DNA from: Rhizobium sp. Q54
Lineage (GTDB): Bacteria > Pseudomonadota > Alphaproteobacteria > UBA2966 > CAIVPW01
Direction: 5' to 3'
Assembly (NCBI GenBank): GCA_945889645.1
Contig: CAMDCA010000006.1
Span: 472 to 64,471, forward strand
DNA: 64,000 nt
Positions 1-9,451 of the stretch are shown here, piece after piece. Position 1 is the stretch's first letter, and each line of letters starts with the position of its first letter. Below the pieces are notes generated by a model. The model ran no database searches. It had not been told where the DNA came from and saw nothing but the letters and a program-made list of their open reading frames with translations. The translations under genes were made by a program, and so were the position numbers.

Positions 1-1159
1 TGTTCATAACGCCGTCGAGGCCGGCCATCGTCATGGCGGCGAACGCCAGGTACGAGTTGCAGGTCGGATCCGGGAAGCGCACCTCGATGCGGCGCGCCTT
101 CGGGCTGTCGACGTACGGGATGCGGATCGATGCCGAGCGGTTGCGCGCCGAGTAGGCGAGCTTCACCGGGGCTTCGAAGCCCGGAACCAGGCGCTTGTAG
201 CTGTTGGTGCCCGGGTTGGTGATCGCGTTGAGCGCGCGCGCGTGCTTGATGATGCCGCCGATGTAGAACAGCGCGAACTCCGACATGCCGGCATAGCCTT
301 CGCCGGCGAACAGGTTCTTGCCGCCCTTCCAGACCGACTGGTGGCAGTGCATGCCCGAGCCGTTGTCGCCGACGATCGGCTTCGGCATGAACGTCGCCGT
401 CTTGCCGTGCTTCGCGGCCACCGAGGTGACGACGTACTTCAGGATCTGGGTCCAGTCGGCGCGGCGGGTGAGCGGGCCGAACTTGGTGCCGATCTCGTTC
501 TGGCCGGCGCCGGCGACCTCGTGGTGGTGCACCTCGACCGGCACGCCCATCTTGGTGAGCATGGTGCACATCTCGGAGCGGATGTCCTGCTGGCTATCGA
601 CCGGCGGAACCGGGAAGTAGCCGCCCTTGACGGTCGGGCGGTGGGCCAGGTTGCCGTTCGGATAGTTGATGCCGGTGGACCAGGACGCCTCGTCCGAGTG
701 GATCTTCACATGCGAACCCGACATGTCGACCGACCAGGTGACGCTGTCGAAGATGAAGAACTCAGGCTCCGGACCGAAGTAGATCACGTCGCCGATGCCC
801 GACGACTTCACGTAGGCCTCGCAGCGCTTGGCCAGCGAGCGCGGATCGCGGTCATAGGCCTGGCCGGTGCCCGGCTCCAACACGTCGCACGTGATGTTGA
901 GCGTCGGCACCTCGCGGAACGGGTCCATCACCGCGGTCTCGGGGTCCGGCATGAGCAGCATGTCGGAGGCCTCGATGCCCTTCCAGCCGGCGATCGACGA
1001 GCCGTCGAATGCGTGGCCGGAGGTGAACTTGGTGTCGTCGAACGCGAAGTGCGGCACGGAAACATGCTGTTCCTTGCCCTTCGTGTCGGTGAAACGAAGG
1101 TCGACGTACTCGACCTTGTTGTCCGTGATCATCTTCAGGACGTCTTTGCCGCTGGCCAT
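1..1159 (-). CDS. glnA: Glutamine synthetase type I, N-terminal ~386 aa (3' end lies beyond the window start)
   Basis: Absent from the ORF track because it runs off the window. Reverse-strand translation from ATG (complement of 1157-1159) reads [32 protein letters not shown]...[15 protein letters not shown]...[17 protein letters not shown]...SIRIPY. A purine-rich SD (GAGGAGGAGAGAAGGAG) lies just upstream. The + strand ORF 242..1201 is its antisense shadow. Confidence 0.95.
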   Translation of the reverse strand, partial: MASGKDVLKMITDNKVEYVDLRFTDTKGKEQHVSVPHFAFDDTKFTSGHAFDGSSIAGWKGIEASDMLLMPDPETAVMDPFREVPTLNITCDVLEPGTGQAYDRDPRSLAKRCEAYVKSSGIGDVIYFGPEPEFFIFDSVTWSVDMSGSHVKIHSDEASWSTGINYPNGNLAHRPTVKGGYFPVPPVDSQQDIRSEMCTMLTKMGVPVEVHHHEVAGAGQNEIGTKFGPLTRRADWTQILKYVVTSVAAKHGKTATFMPKPIVGDNGSGMHCHQSVWKGGKNLFAGEGYAGMSEFALFYIGGIIKHARALNAITNPGTNSYKRLVPGFEAPVKLAYSARNRSASIRIPYVDSPKARRIEVRFPDPTCNSYLAFAAMTMAGLDGVMN

Positions 1160-1216
1160 GGGCTCCTTCTCTCCTCCTCAGATTTCTTGAATTGGTCGTG
1201 ACGGTCCGCGGGGCGC

Positions 1217-1555
<339 letters not shown>

Positions 1556-1743
1556 TCAAATGCCCCCACACGACGGCGCGCGTACCAGGCCCACACAGCC
1601 CACCCGATCTGGGGATCGCTGAGGCACGACGAACCAATCCCGCATCTCGTCCCCCCGGCGAGGCGTTGCCGCGCGAAGTTCTCAGGGGCCGCGAGCAGGC
1701 GGCCGTTTCGTGCCACATCGGCGCCCAACCGGCAACTGCCCAT

Positions 1744-1759
1744 AGCAGAGGCCGTGCCA
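1744..1759 (-). promoter_or_regulatory. Candidate sigma-54 (-24/-12) promoter upstream of glnB
   Basis: The reverse strand reads TGGCACggcctCTGCT, against consensus TGGCAC-N5-TTGCW. GG and GC have the correct spacing. About 190 nt upstream of the glnB ATG. Motif match only. Confidence 0.3.
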
Positions 1760-2027
1760 TTCCTACGCGCAGCCAAAAAGACAGTAAATCCGCGCCTCTC
1801 CGGCGAGGTAGCCAAGAATGGGGGCAGCGATGAGCCCGGTTTTTGGGCAGTGGTCAGCGCAAAAAAGGGGCACTTTCGCGACGGGCGCGACATCGCCGCA
1901 GATGAACCGGAGTGCGGGCGGTTGCTGCGACCGCCAAGGAGGCTCTGCGGCGGTGTCCTTGCACCGAGGCAAAGGGGCGGCTAAAGCGCGCAGCGCGCAA
2001 TGCGGATGGGCGGAAGGGTCGCTTTGG

Positions 2028-2273
2028 ATGTGGCAGGATTGGGTGATTGCGGCGTGCCAGTGGGGCTTCGCCGTAGCGCTGTTGCCGACGGTGTTCGGCA
2101 AGGAGAAGCCTGAGGTCAGCACCGCGCTGGTCACCGCTGCCCTGGCCGCGGTCGTGGCAGCCACGTTTGCCACCATTCCACTGCTGTGGGCGGCGCTGGC
2201 CACCGCCAGCACATCGGTCATCTGGTTCGTGATCACGGCCCAGTCGTGGCGCCGCCGCCGCAAGGCGGCATAG
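2028..2273 (+). CDS. Small hydrophobic protein (~81 aa, about 3 predicted TM helices), function unknown
   Basis: Internal ATG of ORF 1818..2273, preceded by GGAAGG. Reads MWQDWVIAACQWGFAVALLPTVF...VSTALVTAALAAVVAATFATI PLLWAALATASTSVIWFVITA..RRRRKAA. Third-position GC is high (~85%), like the real genes here. No family recognised. Confidence 0.5.
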   Translation: MWQDWVIAACQWGFAVALLPTVFGKEKPEVSTALVTAALAAVVAATFATIPLLWAALATASTSVIWFVITAQSWRRRRKAA

Positions 2274-2334
2274 GGCAGGGCAGTCCACCGGCTTGACCGC
2301 CCCCACCCCGGGCGATACATGACCCCGACCTTGC

Positions 2335-2412
2335 GGCGAGTGTAGCTCAGTTGGTCAGAGCACCGGATTGTGGATCCGGGGGTCGCGGGTTCGAACCCCG
2401 TCACTCGCCCCA
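2335..2412 (+). tRNA. tRNA-His (anticodon GTG)
   Basis: Cloverleaf readable by eye: G-1 plus acceptor GCGAGTG/CACTCGC, D-arm TAGCTCAGTTGGTCAGAGC, anticodon loop TTGTGGA, T-arm GCGGGTTCGAACCCCGT, discriminator C and an encoded CCA. Confidence 0.95.
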
Positions 2413-2618
2413 ATTTTCCAAGACCGTCGGACGACCCGTGTGCGCTCCTGGTTTCTGCTGCGCCCTGGCATTACCGTGGGGCCGGTACCTAGAGTTCCTG
2501 CCGCAGGGGGCCGGATGGGAGGCGACGCTGTTGCCGCGCGATTCTGTCCGCGCGGAGGATCTGCGTCTCAACCGAGTTCACGGCTGCCAGGTGCGCCGAT
2601 CCGCGCGGAAATGATTCC

Positions 2619-4445
2619 GTGAGCACACCACCGCCGACCGGCGCGCCGCGCCAACCCGACCCAGGTGCGCTGCCGGAGGCGGCGGAAACGCTGCTCGATG
2701 TGTTGGATTGGCACGTCGAACAGCATCCCGAGCGCGTCCACGTCCGCTTTCTCGCTGGCGAGGACGACGTCCAGGACATGAGCTACGCGGCCCTGCGGCG
2801 CGCGTCGGACGAAGTTGCGGCCGGCCTGCGCCAACGCGGCGTCACCCGTGGGAAGAAGGTCGGCATCATGCTGCCGACGTCGCTCGACTTCTTTCACGCG
2901 TTCTTCGGCATCCTGATTGCCGGTGGGGTACCGGTGCCAATCTATCCGCCGGCGCGCCGCGAGCAGATCGAGCAGCTGTTGCGCCGGCAGGCGTCGGTGC
3001 TCGACAACGCCGAGGCGGTCGTGCTCATCACCGTGCCCGAGGCGCAGACGGCGGCGCGCTTCCTGCGTGCCAAGGCGCGCCAACTGTCCGCCGTCGCGAC
3101 CGTACCCGAACTGCGCGCGGCGCCCGCGACGCCGCGTGGCGACGGGCCGGTGCGCGAGGACCTGGCGTTCCTGCAGTACACGTCGGGCAGCACTGGTGCG
3201 CCGAAGGGTGTGATGCTGACGCACGCGAACCTGCTCGCCAACGTGCGTGCGCTTGGGATTCCGTGCGGGTGGGATGGCGAGCGCGACGTGTTCGTCAGCT
3301 GGCTGCCGCTCTACCACGACATGGGACTGATCGGCGCCTGGCTCGGCTCGCTGTATCATGGCTCGCTGCTGGTGCTGATGTCGCCGCTGCGATTCCTCAC
3401 GCGCCCCGAGCGCTGGTTGTGGGCGATCGACAAGCATCGCGGCACCATCACGGCGGCACCCAACTTTGCCTACGAGTTGTGCCGCCTGCGCATCAAGGAG
3501 CAGGACCTGCGCGGGCTCGACCTGTCGTCGATGCGCGTGATGGCCAACGGCGCCGAACCGGTGCTGCCCGCGACGCTGCGCAGCTTCCAGGCGCGCTTTG
3601 CGCCGTACGGATTGGCGCCGACCGCGCAACGGCCGGTGTACGGGTTGGCGGAGAATTCCGTCGGGTTGACCTTGTCCTCGCTCACGCGCCCGCCGCGGAT
3701 TGATCGCATCCGGCGCGACTTGTTCACCCAGACCGGTTCGGCACAGCCGGCGGAGTCTGACGACGCGACGGCGCTGGAGTTCGTTGCCTGCGGATCGTTG
3801 CTAGCCGGCCACCAGATCCGCGTCGTCGATGCGCAAAGCGTGCCGGTGCCGGATCGTCAGTCCGGCGCCATCCAGTTCCGCGGCCCGTCCGCCACCCAGG
3901 GCTACTACCGCAACGCCGAAGCGACTCGCGCGCTGTTCGATGGCGACTGGGTGCGCACGGGCGATCGCGGCTACCAGACCGACGGCGACCTCTTCATCGC
4001 TGGCCGCGAAAAGGACATCATCATCCGCGCCGGTCGCAACCTGCACGCGCCGGAGATCGAGGCGGCGGCCAGCAGCGTAAGCGGCATCCGCAGCGGTTGC
4101 GTCGCGGCATTCGGCATGACCGGACCGGGCGGCACCGAACAGGTCGTCGTGCTGGCGGAAACCCGCGAGACGCTTCCCACCTCCATGAGCGCACTGCGCG
4201 ATGCGGTGCGGCGCGCCATCATTGCGGCAATCGGCGAGCCGCCCGACGAGATCGTGCTGGTGCCGCCGCACGTGGTGCTCAAGACGTCGAGCGGCAAGGT
4301 GCGCCGCAGCGACACCCGTGGCCTGTACGAGCGCGGTGAACACTTGCGCTCACGTCCGCCGCCGTGGGTTCAGGTGGTCCGGCTTGCGCTGGCCGCGGTG
4401 CGCGCCGAGGCGCGCGCGCTGTTCGGCCGACTGGGGCGCCGCTAG
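2619..4445 (+). CDS. AMP-dependent synthetase/ligase of the fatty-acyl-AMP ligase (FAAL/FadD32-like) type
   Basis: 608 aa with a GTG start. Adenylation motifs LQYTSGSTGAPKGVMLTHANLLAN, WLPLYHDMGLIG, YGLAENSV, WVRTGDRGY, GREKDIIIRAGRN and KTSSGKVRR. Confidence 0.85.
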   Translation: MSTPPPTGAPRQPDPGALPEAAETLLDVLDWHVEQHPERVHVRFLAGEDDVQDMSYAALRRASDEVAAGLRQRGVTRGKKVGIMLPTSLDFFHAFFGILIAGGVPVPIYPPARREQIEQLLRRQASVLDNAEAVVLITVPEAQTAARFLRAKARQLSAVATVPELRAAPATPRGDGPVREDLAFLQYTSGSTGAPKGVMLTHANLLANVRALGIPCGWDGERDVFVSWLPLYHDMGLIGAWLGSLYHGSLLVLMSPLRFLTRPERWLWAIDKHRGTITAAPNFAYELCRLRIKEQDLRGLDLSSMRVMANGAEPVLPATLRSFQARFAPYGLAPTAQRPVYGLAENSVGLTLSSLTRPPRIDRIRRDLFTQTGSAQPAESDDATALEFVACGSLLAGHQIRVVDAQSVPVPDRQSGAIQFRGPSATQGYYRNAEATRALFDGDWVRTGDRGYQTDGDLFIAGREKDIIIRAGRNLHAPEIEAAASSVSGIRSGCVAAFGMTGPGGTEQVVVLAETRETLPTSMSALRDAVRRAIIAAIGEPPDEIVLVPPHVVLKTSSGKVRRSDTRGLYERGEHLRSRPPPWVQVVRLALAAVRAEARALFGRLGRR

Positions 4446-4660
4446 GGCGCCACTGGCGCGGTGCGGAGCGTGGGCCACTGGCGCGGCTCCTTGCGCGGCA
4501 CCAGGATCGGATTGCCGAAACCGTCGTGCTGCTGCTGCGGAACCGCGAGGCCCGGTTCGAGGAATCTCTGTCCCATATAGGTCGGACGCAGCTGCGGCGG
4601 CGAGCAAGCCGCCAGCCCAGCGAGCGCCGTGAGCAGGAGAAGTGTGCCAGTCAAACGCAT
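4442..4660 (-). CDS. Small putative lipoprotein (72-aa precursor)
   Basis: Internal ATG of ORF 4442..4675. MRLTGTLLLLTALAGLAAC carries an LAAC lipobox. Codon usage is good. Begins 5 nt after the dadA-like stop on the same strand. No family recognised. Confidence 0.55.
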   Translation of the reverse strand: MRLTGTLLLLTALAGLAACSPPQLRPTYMGQRFLEPGLAVPQQQHDGFGNPILVPRKEPRQWPTLRTAPVAP

Positions 4661-4664
4661 CGCC

Positions 4665-5954
4665 CTATTGTGCACGGAAGCGCGCCAGGGAGTAGGGGGT
4701 GCTATCCACCGCCGGTGCGCGCCCGCCGATATAGTCCGCGGTCATCCGCGCTGTTGCCGCCGCCAGGGTCCAGCCAAGCGATCCGTGCCCGGTGTTGAAG
4801 AACAGCCCCTTCGGCGCGCGCGGGTCGGGCCCGACGATGGGCGGACCGTCCGGCGTCATCGGCCGCAGCCCGGTCCAAGGATTTGCGTGCTCGGGGCGGA
4901 TGCCGTCGAGCGGACCCGGAAAGAGATCGCGCGCTGCATCGAGGATCGGCCGCACGCGGCGCAGGTCAAGGCGCTGGTCGAATCCGGCGAACTCGGCTGT
5001 GCCGGCAACGCGCACGGCGCTGCCGAAGCGGGCGAGCACGATCTTGCGGTCTTCATCGAGGATGCCGATGTGCGGCAACCGCGATTCGCTTTCGCTCATC
5101 GGCACGGTGATCGAGTAGCCCTTCACCGGATAGAGCGGCAGCGCCAAGCCGAGCGGCGCGGCGATCGCGCGACTCTCGTTGGCGAGCGCCAGAACGATCG
5201 CGTCGCCCGCAATGCGACCTACGGATGTCTGAACGCCCGTGACGCGCCCATCACTGTGCTCGATGGCCTGGATCGTCGTGTCGTAGCGAAACGTGACTCC
5301 ACCCGCGACGCACGCCGCCGCAAGGCCCGTGGTGAAGGCAGCCGCATTGCCGGTGCCGCCATCGCGCGAGAAGAGTCCTCCGGCAATCTGCCCACGACCG
5401 CGGGAGTCGGCCAACGCCGGCTCGATCCGCACGCATTCCGCGGCCGAGACGACCTGGTCGTGCACCAAGTCTGCGCGGGCGAGGGAGTCGGACTCGTCCA
5501 CCGCCTGCCGCAAGGACTCCGCCGTACGACAGACCGCGAGCAACCCGGCCGGCCGGTGATCGAACGCAACGCCGCTCGCCGCGACGATTTCCTGCATCGC
5601 CGCGCGGCTGTAGTGCGCCAGACGCAACAGCGCCTCGTTGTTGGCGCGATAGCGCGCAGGCGTGCAATTGGCGAGATAGCGCAGGCCCCAGCGCCATAGC
5701 ATCGGATCCCAGCGCAGCAGGGGCATGCGGAACGGCGCATCGGCGCGGCCGATCCACTTCGCCAGGTAGCCCGGCACCATCGGACTCGCCCACGAGCGGA
5801 CTTCACTCGCGGACAGATGTCCGCCATTGGCGAAACTGGTCTCCAGCCCAGGGCCCGGACGACGATCGATGACGGTGACGCACGCGCCACTCTCCGCCAG
5901 CACGAAAGCGGTGGTTACGCCGACAACTCCGGCACCGAGGACGAGGACGTGCAT
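4665..5954 (-). CDS. dadA: FAD-dependent D-amino-acid dehydrogenase-like oxidoreductase
   Basis: Start moved to the internal ATG: MHVLVLGAGVVGVTTAFVLAESGACVTVIDRRPGPGLETSFANGG (Rossmann GxGxxG). The C-terminal FNTGHGSLGWTLAAATARM resembles E. coli DadA NTGHGTLGWT. Confidence 0.8.
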   Translation of the reverse strand: MHVLVLGAGVVGVTTAFVLAESGACVTVIDRRPGPGLETSFANGGHLSASEVRSWASPMVPGYLAKWIGRADAPFRMPLLRWDPMLWRWGLRYLANCTPARYRANNEALLRLAHYSRAAMQEIVAASGVAFDHRPAGLLAVCRTAESLRQAVDESDSLARADLVHDQVVSAAECVRIEPALADSRGRGQIAGGLFSRDGGTGNAAAFTTGLAAACVAGGVTFRYDTTIQAIEHSDGRVTGVQTSVGRIAGDAIVLALANESRAIAAPLGLALPLYPVKGYSITVPMSESESRLPHIGILDEDRKIVLARFGSAVRVAGTAEFAGFDQRLDLRRVRPILDAARDLFPGPLDGIRPEHANPWTGLRPMTPDGPPIVGPDPRAPKGLFFNTGHGSLGWTLAAATARMTADYIGGRAPAVDSTPYSLARFRAQ

Positions 5955-6081
5955 GGCGGGCAACTTAGGCGCGACTGTCACTTCCGCCACGCACACCTAC
6001 GCCGCTTGTAGCGAGCGATGCCGGTGCCGCCGCCTGCGGGTGCGGCGGCCCCGACGGTGCGTTCCGACAGCAGACTAGAGG

Positions 6082-6465
<384 letters not shown>

Positions 6466-7797
6466 CTACAGATCATAGGCTCGCTCGCCGTGGGCCGTAA
6501 TGTCGAGGCCTTCGAATTCTTCTTCCTTGGGAACCCGTAGGCCGACGAGGGCAGAAGTGATCTTGGCGATGATCCAGGTGGCGACGCCGGACCAGGCCGC
6601 GACCGCCAGGACGCCGGTCAGCTGAACGCCGAAGTGGCTGGCCATGGTCATGCCCTCGGCAAAACCGAGGCCCTGGAAGGTGGGGGAGGCCAGAACGGCC
6701 GTCAGCAACACGCCAAGCATGCCGCCGATGCCGTGCACCGCGAACACGTCGAGCGAGTCGTCGATGCGCAGGTGCTGCTTCACGTACTGGGTGACGAAGT
6801 AGCAGACGGCCGCCGCGGCGATGCCGATGAGGAAGCCGCCCATCGGACCGATGAAGCCGGATGCCGGCGTGACGGTGGCGAGGCCGGCGATGGTGCCGGT
6901 GACGATGCCGACCACGCTGGCCTTGCCGTGGCGCAGCCATTCGATCGCCATCCACACCAGCGAGGCGCTGGCGGCAGCGAGGTGGGTAGCGGTCATAGCC
7001 ATGCCGGCCCCCTGACCGGCCGACAGCGCGCTACCGGCGTTGAAGCCGAACCAGCCGACCCACAGCATGCCGGCACCCATGACGGCGAGACCCGGCATGT
7101 GCGGCGGCTTGATATCCTGCGGGAATCCAAGGCGGCTGCGCAGAACGAGGGCGAAGACCAACGCCGAAACGCCGGCGGTGGTGTGGACGACGAGGCCACC
7201 GGCGAAATCGCGCACGCCCATCTCGAACAGCCAGCCGCCCGGCGCCCACACCCAGTGGGTGACGGGGAAGTAGACGATCAGCAGCCAGAGCGTGTTGAAC
7301 ACCAACACGCCGGCGAACTTGATGCGCTCGACGTACGCCCCGACGATCAGCGTCGGCGTGATGATGGCGAACGTCATTTGGTACATGAAGAACACGGTCT
7401 CGGGGATGGTGCCCGACACCGATTCGTTGTTGACGCCGCTGAGGAATGCCTTGTCGAGGCTGCCGATCCAGCCGTTGCCTTCGCCGAACGCCAGGCTGTA
7501 GCCGACGGCGAACCACAGCACCGACGCGACACAGGCGATGGCGACGACGTGCATCAGCACGGACATGACGTTCCGCGCGTGCACGAGCCCGCCGTAGAAC
7601 AGCGCCAAGCCGGGCAGGGTCATGAACAGGACCAGCGCGGTCGAAGTCAGCATCCAAGCCGTGTCGCCGCCGCTGATCTCCTGCGCCTGGGCGATGCCGG
7701 GCAGGAGGAGCAAGGCGAGGGCGGTGCCAAGGGTGGCCGGAGCGGCCTGCCCAATGCGATGGCACAACGACGTGGACTCAAGGCGGTTGCTGGACAT
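6466..7797 (-). CDS. amtB: Ammonium transporter
   Basis: 443 aa from the internal ATG at 7797, preceded by GGGGAGAG. Signal-like N-terminus ...ALALLLLPGIAQAQE, then multiple TM segments and Amt motifs (DFAGGLVVHTTAG, VHGIGGMLGVLLT). The 89 codons upstream in ORF 6466..8064 look non-coding. Confidence 0.93.
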   Translation of the reverse strand: MSSNRLESTSLCHRIGQAAPATLGTALALLLLPGIAQAQEISGGDTAWMLTSTALVLFMTLPGLALFYGGLVHARNVMSVLMHVVAIACVASVLWFAVGYSLAFGEGNGWIGSLDKAFLSGVNNESVSGTIPETVFFMYQMTFAIITPTLIVGAYVERIKFAGVLVFNTLWLLIVYFPVTHWVWAPGGWLFEMGVRDFAGGLVVHTTAGVSALVFALVLRSRLGFPQDIKPPHMPGLAVMGAGMLWVGWFGFNAGSALSAGQGAGMAMTATHLAAASASLVWMAIEWLRHGKASVVGIVTGTIAGLATVTPASGFIGPMGGFLIGIAAAAVCYFVTQYVKQHLRIDDSLDVFAVHGIGGMLGVLLTAVLASPTFQGLGFAEGMTMASHFGVQLTGVLAVAAWSGVATWIIAKITSALVGLRVPKEEEFEGLDITAHGERAYDL

Positions 7798-8071
7798 GCG
7801 CTCTCCCCAAGGGCTCGATTCGGGCCGCGATTTGGGCCAAGGCTGGCTCAGGGAGCAACGTCGCAACGCACGCCGCGGCGCGGAACCTGCCCCCCAAGGC
7901 GTCCGCGCCGATGTCCGCATGTAACCACGCTGCCGCGAAAAGCGCCAGAGATTCACATTTCCGAGGCATAAGTGCCTAACATTTAGGCTATGCGGATCGG
8001 TATAGCGCGGAAGTGCAACGATCCCTAAATGGAAGCCAGCCGCCGCCCGCCATTCCGGAGCCACCGCCCCG

Positions 8072-9451
8072 ATGACTCGTCCGACGCCGAAGGCGGTCTA
8101 TCGCCGCCTTGCCGACCGCAACACCGTGCGCGTCGCCGTCACGGGGCTGCGCCGCTGCGGCAAGACGGTGTTCACTACCTCGTTCGTGCACAACCTGATG
8201 AGCGCCGGGCAGTGGCCGGACCTGCTGCCGTTCCTCAAGGTCGCAGCGCGCGGCGACCTGATCGCCGCCGAGGCATTTCCGCTGCCCGGCATGCCGGCGT
8301 TTCCGTTCGACGACAGCTTGGCGGCGATCACAGGTGCGCGGCACGACTGGCCGGCGGCGACGGACCAGTTGTGCGGGCTGCGCCTTGCCGTGCGCTATCG
8401 CTCGCGCCGTCCGCTGGCCCGGCTGCGCGGCACGCGCGTACTCAACATCGACTTGATCGACTATCCGGGCGAATGGCTGCTCGACTTGCCGCTGCTAGCC
8501 AAGGAGTTCGCGGCGTGGTCGGCGGAGACGTTGGCGCTGACCGCCAGCGGCCCTCGCACGGCGTTCTTCGCCGAGTGGCGCGCGTTCCTCGATGGACTCG
8601 ATCCTGCGGCGCCCAGCGACGCGGGTGTGATGAAGCGTGCGGCGACGCTCTATGCGGCGGCGCTGCGCAAGGCGGGAGCGCCGGAGGCCGGACTGACTCT
8701 AAACCAGCCGGCACGCATCCTGCGGCCCGGCACGCTGGCGCCGGACGATGCGCTGCTGGCGCTGTCGCCGCTGCGGGTGTCCACCGAGGCTCCTGCGCCG
8801 GGTTCCCTTTTTGCTGCGATGGCGGCGCGCTATGACGCCTACCGCGAGCGCGTCGTGGCGCCGTTCTATCGCGACCACTTCTGCTATTTCGACGCGCAGA
8901 TCGTGCTGGTCGATCTGCTGGGGGCCTTGAAGGCGGGGCAGGCGGCATTCGACGATATGCGGGCCGCCATCGCCGCGATCCTGCAGAGCTTCGACTACAG
9001 CCGCTCCGGCGTCCGCGCCTGGTTGGACGGCGCGTTGACCGAGCGCGTGCTGTTCGCCGCCACCAAGGCGGACCACGTCTCAAGCAACCAGCATCCCAAT
9101 CTGCGTCGCCTCCTAGAGGAGGTCGTGGCACGCGAGGCCAACCGCATCCGCTTCCGCGGCGTCGAGACCCGTGCGGTGGCGCTGTCCTCGGTGCGCTGCA
9201 CCGACGACGTGCTCGGCGAGGTGCAGGGACAGACCCTCAGCATGGTGCGCGGCCTTCCCGCCGGCCGCTCCAGCGAGACGGCGCTGTTCCCGGGCGAGAT
9301 CCCGGCCCATTTCCCGGGTCCGCAGGACTGGCGCGAGGGGCGCTTCCGTTTCCTCGACTTCCAGCCGGCCCACGTCAGCGGAGCGCGCGGCCTGCCGCAC
9401 ATCGGGCTTGACGAAGCGATGCAGGAACTGGTGGGGACGCGCCTGCGATGA
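8072..9451 (+). CDS. ycjX: YcjX-family P-loop NTPase (DUF463)
   Basis: 459 aa. N-terminal Walker A VAVTGLRRCGKTVF. The size, and the downstream partner overlapping by ATGA, match the ycjX-ycjF pair. Confidence 0.8.
   Translation: MTRPTPKAVYRRLADRNTVRVAVTGLRRCGKTVFTTSFVHNLMSAGQWPDLLPFLKVAARGDLIAAEAFPLPGMPAFPFDDSLAAITGARHDWPAATDQLCGLRLAVRYRSRRPLARLRGTRVLNIDLIDYPGEWLLDLPLLAKEFAAWSAETLALTASGPRTAFFAEWRAFLDGLDPAAPSDAGVMKRAATLYAAALRKAGAPEAGLTLNQPARILRPGTLAPDDALLALSPLRVSTEAPAPGSLFAAMAARYDAYRERVVAPFYRDHFCYFDAQIVLVDLLGALKAGQAAFDDMRAAIAAILQSFDYSRSGVRAWLDGALTERVLFAATKADHVSSNQHPNLRRLLEEVVAREANRIRFRGVETRAVALSSVRCTDDVLGEVQGQTLSMVRGLPAGRSSETALFPGEIPAHFPGPQDWREGRFRFLDFQPAHVSGARGLPHIGLDEAMQELVGTRLR

Noticed and set aside
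1763-2413. 216-aa minus-strand ORF starting inside tRNA-His. ORFs 12082..12600, 12254..12505 and 12315..12578 overlap tRNA-Leu in the same way.
   Set aside because: Their N-termini are just the reverse translation of tRNA T-arms (e.g. ..GFEPATPG..). They overlap functional RNA genes and carry no coding signal.
6026-6049. GC hairpin GCCGCCGC-N8-GCGGCGGC between glnK and the dadA-like gene, considered as an intrinsic terminator
   Set aside because: There is no U/T-tract on either strand after the stem, so it is not called as a terminator. It may still pause or stabilise transcripts.
7798-8064. 89-codon N-terminal extension of the amtB ORF (the track gives 532 aa)
   Set aside because: The extension is Arg/Pro/Trp-rich with no signal peptide. 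The internal ATG at 7797 has a GGGGAGAG SD and is followed by a proper signal-like sequence, and AmtB proteins are about 430-450 aa.
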